Assembly: GCF_001194135.2 (NCBI RefSeq)
Contig: NC_068992.1
Span: forward strand, 34,351,288 to 34,415,287
DNA length: 64,000 nt
From: Octopus bimaculoides
Taxonomy: Eukaryota
Direction of reading: 5' to 3'
The translations under genes and the position numbers were made by a program. Below the pieces are notes generated by a model. It had not been told where the DNA came from and searched no databases. It saw only the letters and a list, made by a program, of their open reading frames with translations. How positions within the stretch are numbered: the first letter of the stretch is position 1; each line of letters opens with the position of its first letter. Positions 60,961 to 64,000 of this stretch are shown in pieces.

Positions 60961-62078
60961 CATAGGAGATAAACCCTATGTAGGTATGGGGGAGTATTAA
61001 GCCTTTGGTGGTGTTCAGAGGAAAGACATCTGATACAGATCAAAGGATAAAGACTTTCAGTACAGGTGGTGGGGGCAGGAAGGGCAGATGCACTGCAAAA
61101 CAACAAACACTCTGGCTGCTGCTGTGAATGAATAGTAATAATAATAAAGAAATAGAATTGGGCATTTGCATTCTTAACTAGAGCTATAACCAACAGTTTT
61201 CAGTCAGCCAATCGGTGACAAAACTAGATGCATGAATGAATAAATAACAATAATGAGTGGGTAAGAGAAGAAGGGAGAAAGAGGGAGAGTTGTATTGAGC
61301 GTAAGGGATCTTGAGTTTTTTCTCTAAACATGGAAGATGAAAATGTGTTTACATAGACAGATAAAGAAATGGAATTGTGATGTAATTATAATCTGTGCTG
61401 TAAAAAAGGTTTTAGATGCGTGCTAGGTTGGAAAACAAAGTTGCTTATCTGAACATCTGATTTCTACCCCATGTGGCAAGATATTAAAAATTTGCGGTTG
61501 GGGAATCTGAATGAGCTAGTTTATATAGGGTGGGGTGGGGGAGTGGAAGTAAAGTGTTGGGAGAAGCAAGTGGTTAACGGAGCTGAGAGAGAGGGGGAGA
61601 CAGAGAAGAAGAGAGAGAGAAACCAGAGTTAGGCTGGTTTGTAACTAATTTTTGTATTATTCTATTTATTGTACTAACTAATTATGTACTACTATTAATT
61701 TTCACAACCTACTTTCAAATTTCTAATTTTTAATTAATACTTAAAAATATGAATTTTTCAAAGTGCAAAAAATATTTTGAGTTATTTTTTTATTTTTAAT
61801 AAAAGTAACAAGTAATAACAAATAGAAGTAATAATTTGTAGTAAAATTTTTAGTTTTAACAAAAGCTGATATTTTCTAAATCTAAATATTTTATTAGAAA
61901 TTTTATCCTTAGCTGCAATATTTTAAATGAAAACTTTCCTGTTCTGTACTTTACCAAATGTAATAACTTGTCCTGGACTTTTCCAAGTGTAATAACTTTA
62001 CAAGATTTATAATCTTAAGAATATTATTTCTCTTGCTCGCATTTTCTATGTAATATATATATATGTGTGTATATATAC

Positions 62079-62353
62079 TTTATTAATAAAGCTGCAAAGA
62101 CATCACAAAAGCTGTTACTCAGTTTCACATTCCCGTTCATCGAGCAGTTTTGGTTAGAGTTTCAAGTTCCTGTTCATCAGACAGTTTTTGCTGAGATTCT
62201 CAATCAAAACTGTCCAACAAACGGGAATGTGAACCTCTGAAAAACAGTTTTTGTAATGTCTTTGCAGCTTTATTAATAAAGCATATTACTCTACCTCCAG
62301 TATTCGAGTACTATTTTATTCAACCTTATTTCATATTTATGTGCTTACTCTAG
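62079..62353. mobile_element. Short foldback element carrying tandem minimal hammerhead-like motifs
   Basis: Arms 62079-62150 and 62203-62280 are inverted. Minus strand reads AACTGT CTGATGA ACAGGAACTT GAAA CTCT.. and AACTGCT CGATGA ACGGGAATGT GAAA CTGAG TA ACAGC. Confidence 0.7.
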
Positions 62354-62354
62354 T

Positions 62355-62355
62355 A

Positions 62356-62435
<80 letters not shown>

Positions 62436-62475
62436 TATGCATGTCTGTGTGTATATGTATACACACACACACGCA
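62355..62475. repeat. (GT)n(TA)n(CA)n compound microsatellite
   Basis: Direct reading. Confidence 0.95.
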
Positions 62476-62751
62476 TGCACACAAGACTATACGTATGTAT
62501 GTAATTATGTCCTTATATTTATCCAAGCATTTCTCAGAGAACTGAAGAAAGACTTATAGCCCTTATATCCAGGCTTTAGCTTTTTCTATTATCATAAGTG
62601 CACTGGTTTAAGTAACAATTGGTTTGCATAGAAACTTACAAATATCTGGGTTCTCCAAAAAAGAACATAGTAAAATGATTCTCATTTTCCAGATACAATT
62701 GATCAAAAGAATAGATCCCTAAATGAACATATAAATACTTCATATATGTAT

Positions 62752-64000
62752 ATATCATCATCATAATCATTTAATATCCATCTTCCATGCTGGCATGGGG
62801 TTGGACAGTTTGACTGGAGCTGGTAAACCAGATGACCTTGCCAGACACCACTGTCTGTTTTGGCATGATTTTCGCAGCTGGATGTCCTTCCTAACACCAA
62901 CCATTTACAGAGTCAACCAGGTGCTTTTTACACACATCAGTGAGGTCTGCTTTGGCATGGTTTTTGTAGCTGGATGCCCTTCCAAATACCAACCACTTCA
63001 CAGAGTGGACCGGATGCTTTGTATGTGGCACCTGCATCAGTGAGGTCAGCAAATAACTTGCAAGACAAATATTCTTTGAGTGTTGGGTAGTGATATTCAT
63101 ATGCATCACATATTAAAACCAATGTAATTTTCTCTCTTGCCTGCTGTATTTGATTCCTCCTATGCCCAACTTTTCTCTCAGCACATTTGCATTTTATTGT
63201 ACCAGCACACTGATGTTGCACAACCATTGGAGCATGCTAGCTTCGTTCCTCTCTAGCTTATGCATGTCTTCTGGATTCAGGACCCATGTCTCACTTCCAT
63301 AGAGCATAGCCATTTATACACAAGCATCATACACTCTGAGAGAGAGTCTTTTTGTTATCAACAAAGGTAACAGCTCTCTGAACTTCCTCCATCCTATTCT
63401 TAATCTAGCAACAACACTTTTAGAACATCCTCCACCATTGCTAATTTGGTCACTTAAGTAAAAGAATCTACAACCTCAAAAGAGCTTCCTGGGCATTTGA
63501 GAGAGTCAAATTCCCAAGTGTCCTAAGTGCTTATTGTTCCTGTGCATCTGCCTTATACAAAGACAACTTTCTCTCTTAACCTGTATGTGATTCCTCTGCA
63601 CCTGTTATGTGCAATAAATGGAATGGGTGCAACAAATGGAATTGCTTCCAACTCTTTTCTACATAGAGTAAGGTCATATACTTGTCAGAAAAACAGTCTT
63701 ATTTACTTTCTTGCTAACAACAACTTAGGTCTTTGCTAGATTAATTAACTTTAAGGCTCTTTGATTCCTAATTTTGCTTCCATACCTGGAAATTCTTCTC
63801 CAATTCCTCTACAGATTTTTCTATTAGAGCAAGGTCATTGGCATATAGCAGTTCTCATGGATAGTCAGTTTTAAATTCCTCTGTTATGGCATTGGAGGAC
63901 TATGATGAACTGACCCCTGATGAACCCTTACTTCCACACTAAATTTGTGACTGTAATCCATGGCCAGCTTTTACTCTACCTTATATAATTTATTCAGCTC
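62752..64000 (-). mobile_element. Old RTE LINE 3' portion (RT C-terminus, 3' UTR, degenerate (GAT)n tail); continues beyond the window end
   Basis: VEVRVHQGSVHHSPPMP..FKT..WELLYAND; SY..DQISNGGGCSKSV.ARLRIGWRKFRELL; tail CCATGCCAGCATGGAAGATGGATATTAAAT. Confidence 0.85.

Noticed and set aside
1-64000. CRISPR array, rRNA, or a prokaryotic operon-like system
   Set aside because: The DNA is eukaryotic and repeat-rich; there are no regularly spaced repeat-spacer units or rRNA signatures.

Overview
Repeat-saturated, AT-rich animal genomic DNA. The SINE/LINE families and dense CA/TA/GATA microsatellites look like a coleoid cephalopod, most likely Octopus (my recognition, not a database result). There are six N gaps. 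I cannot support any host protein-coding exon, so the window is intergenic or intronic. Recognisable content: (1) a decayed Gypsy LTR-retrotransposon pol with PPT and 3' LTR (10.1-13.4 kb); (2) several RTE-clade LINE copies and (GAT)n-tailed 3' ends; (3) four Penelope-like element (PLE) RT/GIY-YIG fragments; (4) a Hero-like REL-endonuclease non-LTR fragment; (5) a Chapaev3-like transposase; (6) mariner, Helitron and possible hAT relics; (7) tRNA-derived SINEs and MITEs. The most notable pattern is at least seven short non-coding loci with hammerhead-ribozyme (HHR) core motifs, five of them inside inverted-repeat structures typical of PLE insertions. These include a tRNA-headed SINE with an HHR tail (2.1-2.5 kb), an intact-core HHR with an 86-nt stem-II insert inside a ~700-bp foldback (8.75-9.47 kb), and an apparently non-circularly permuted HHR (42.5 kb). 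All ribozyme calls are by-eye motif and pairing analyses; none has been tested for activity.
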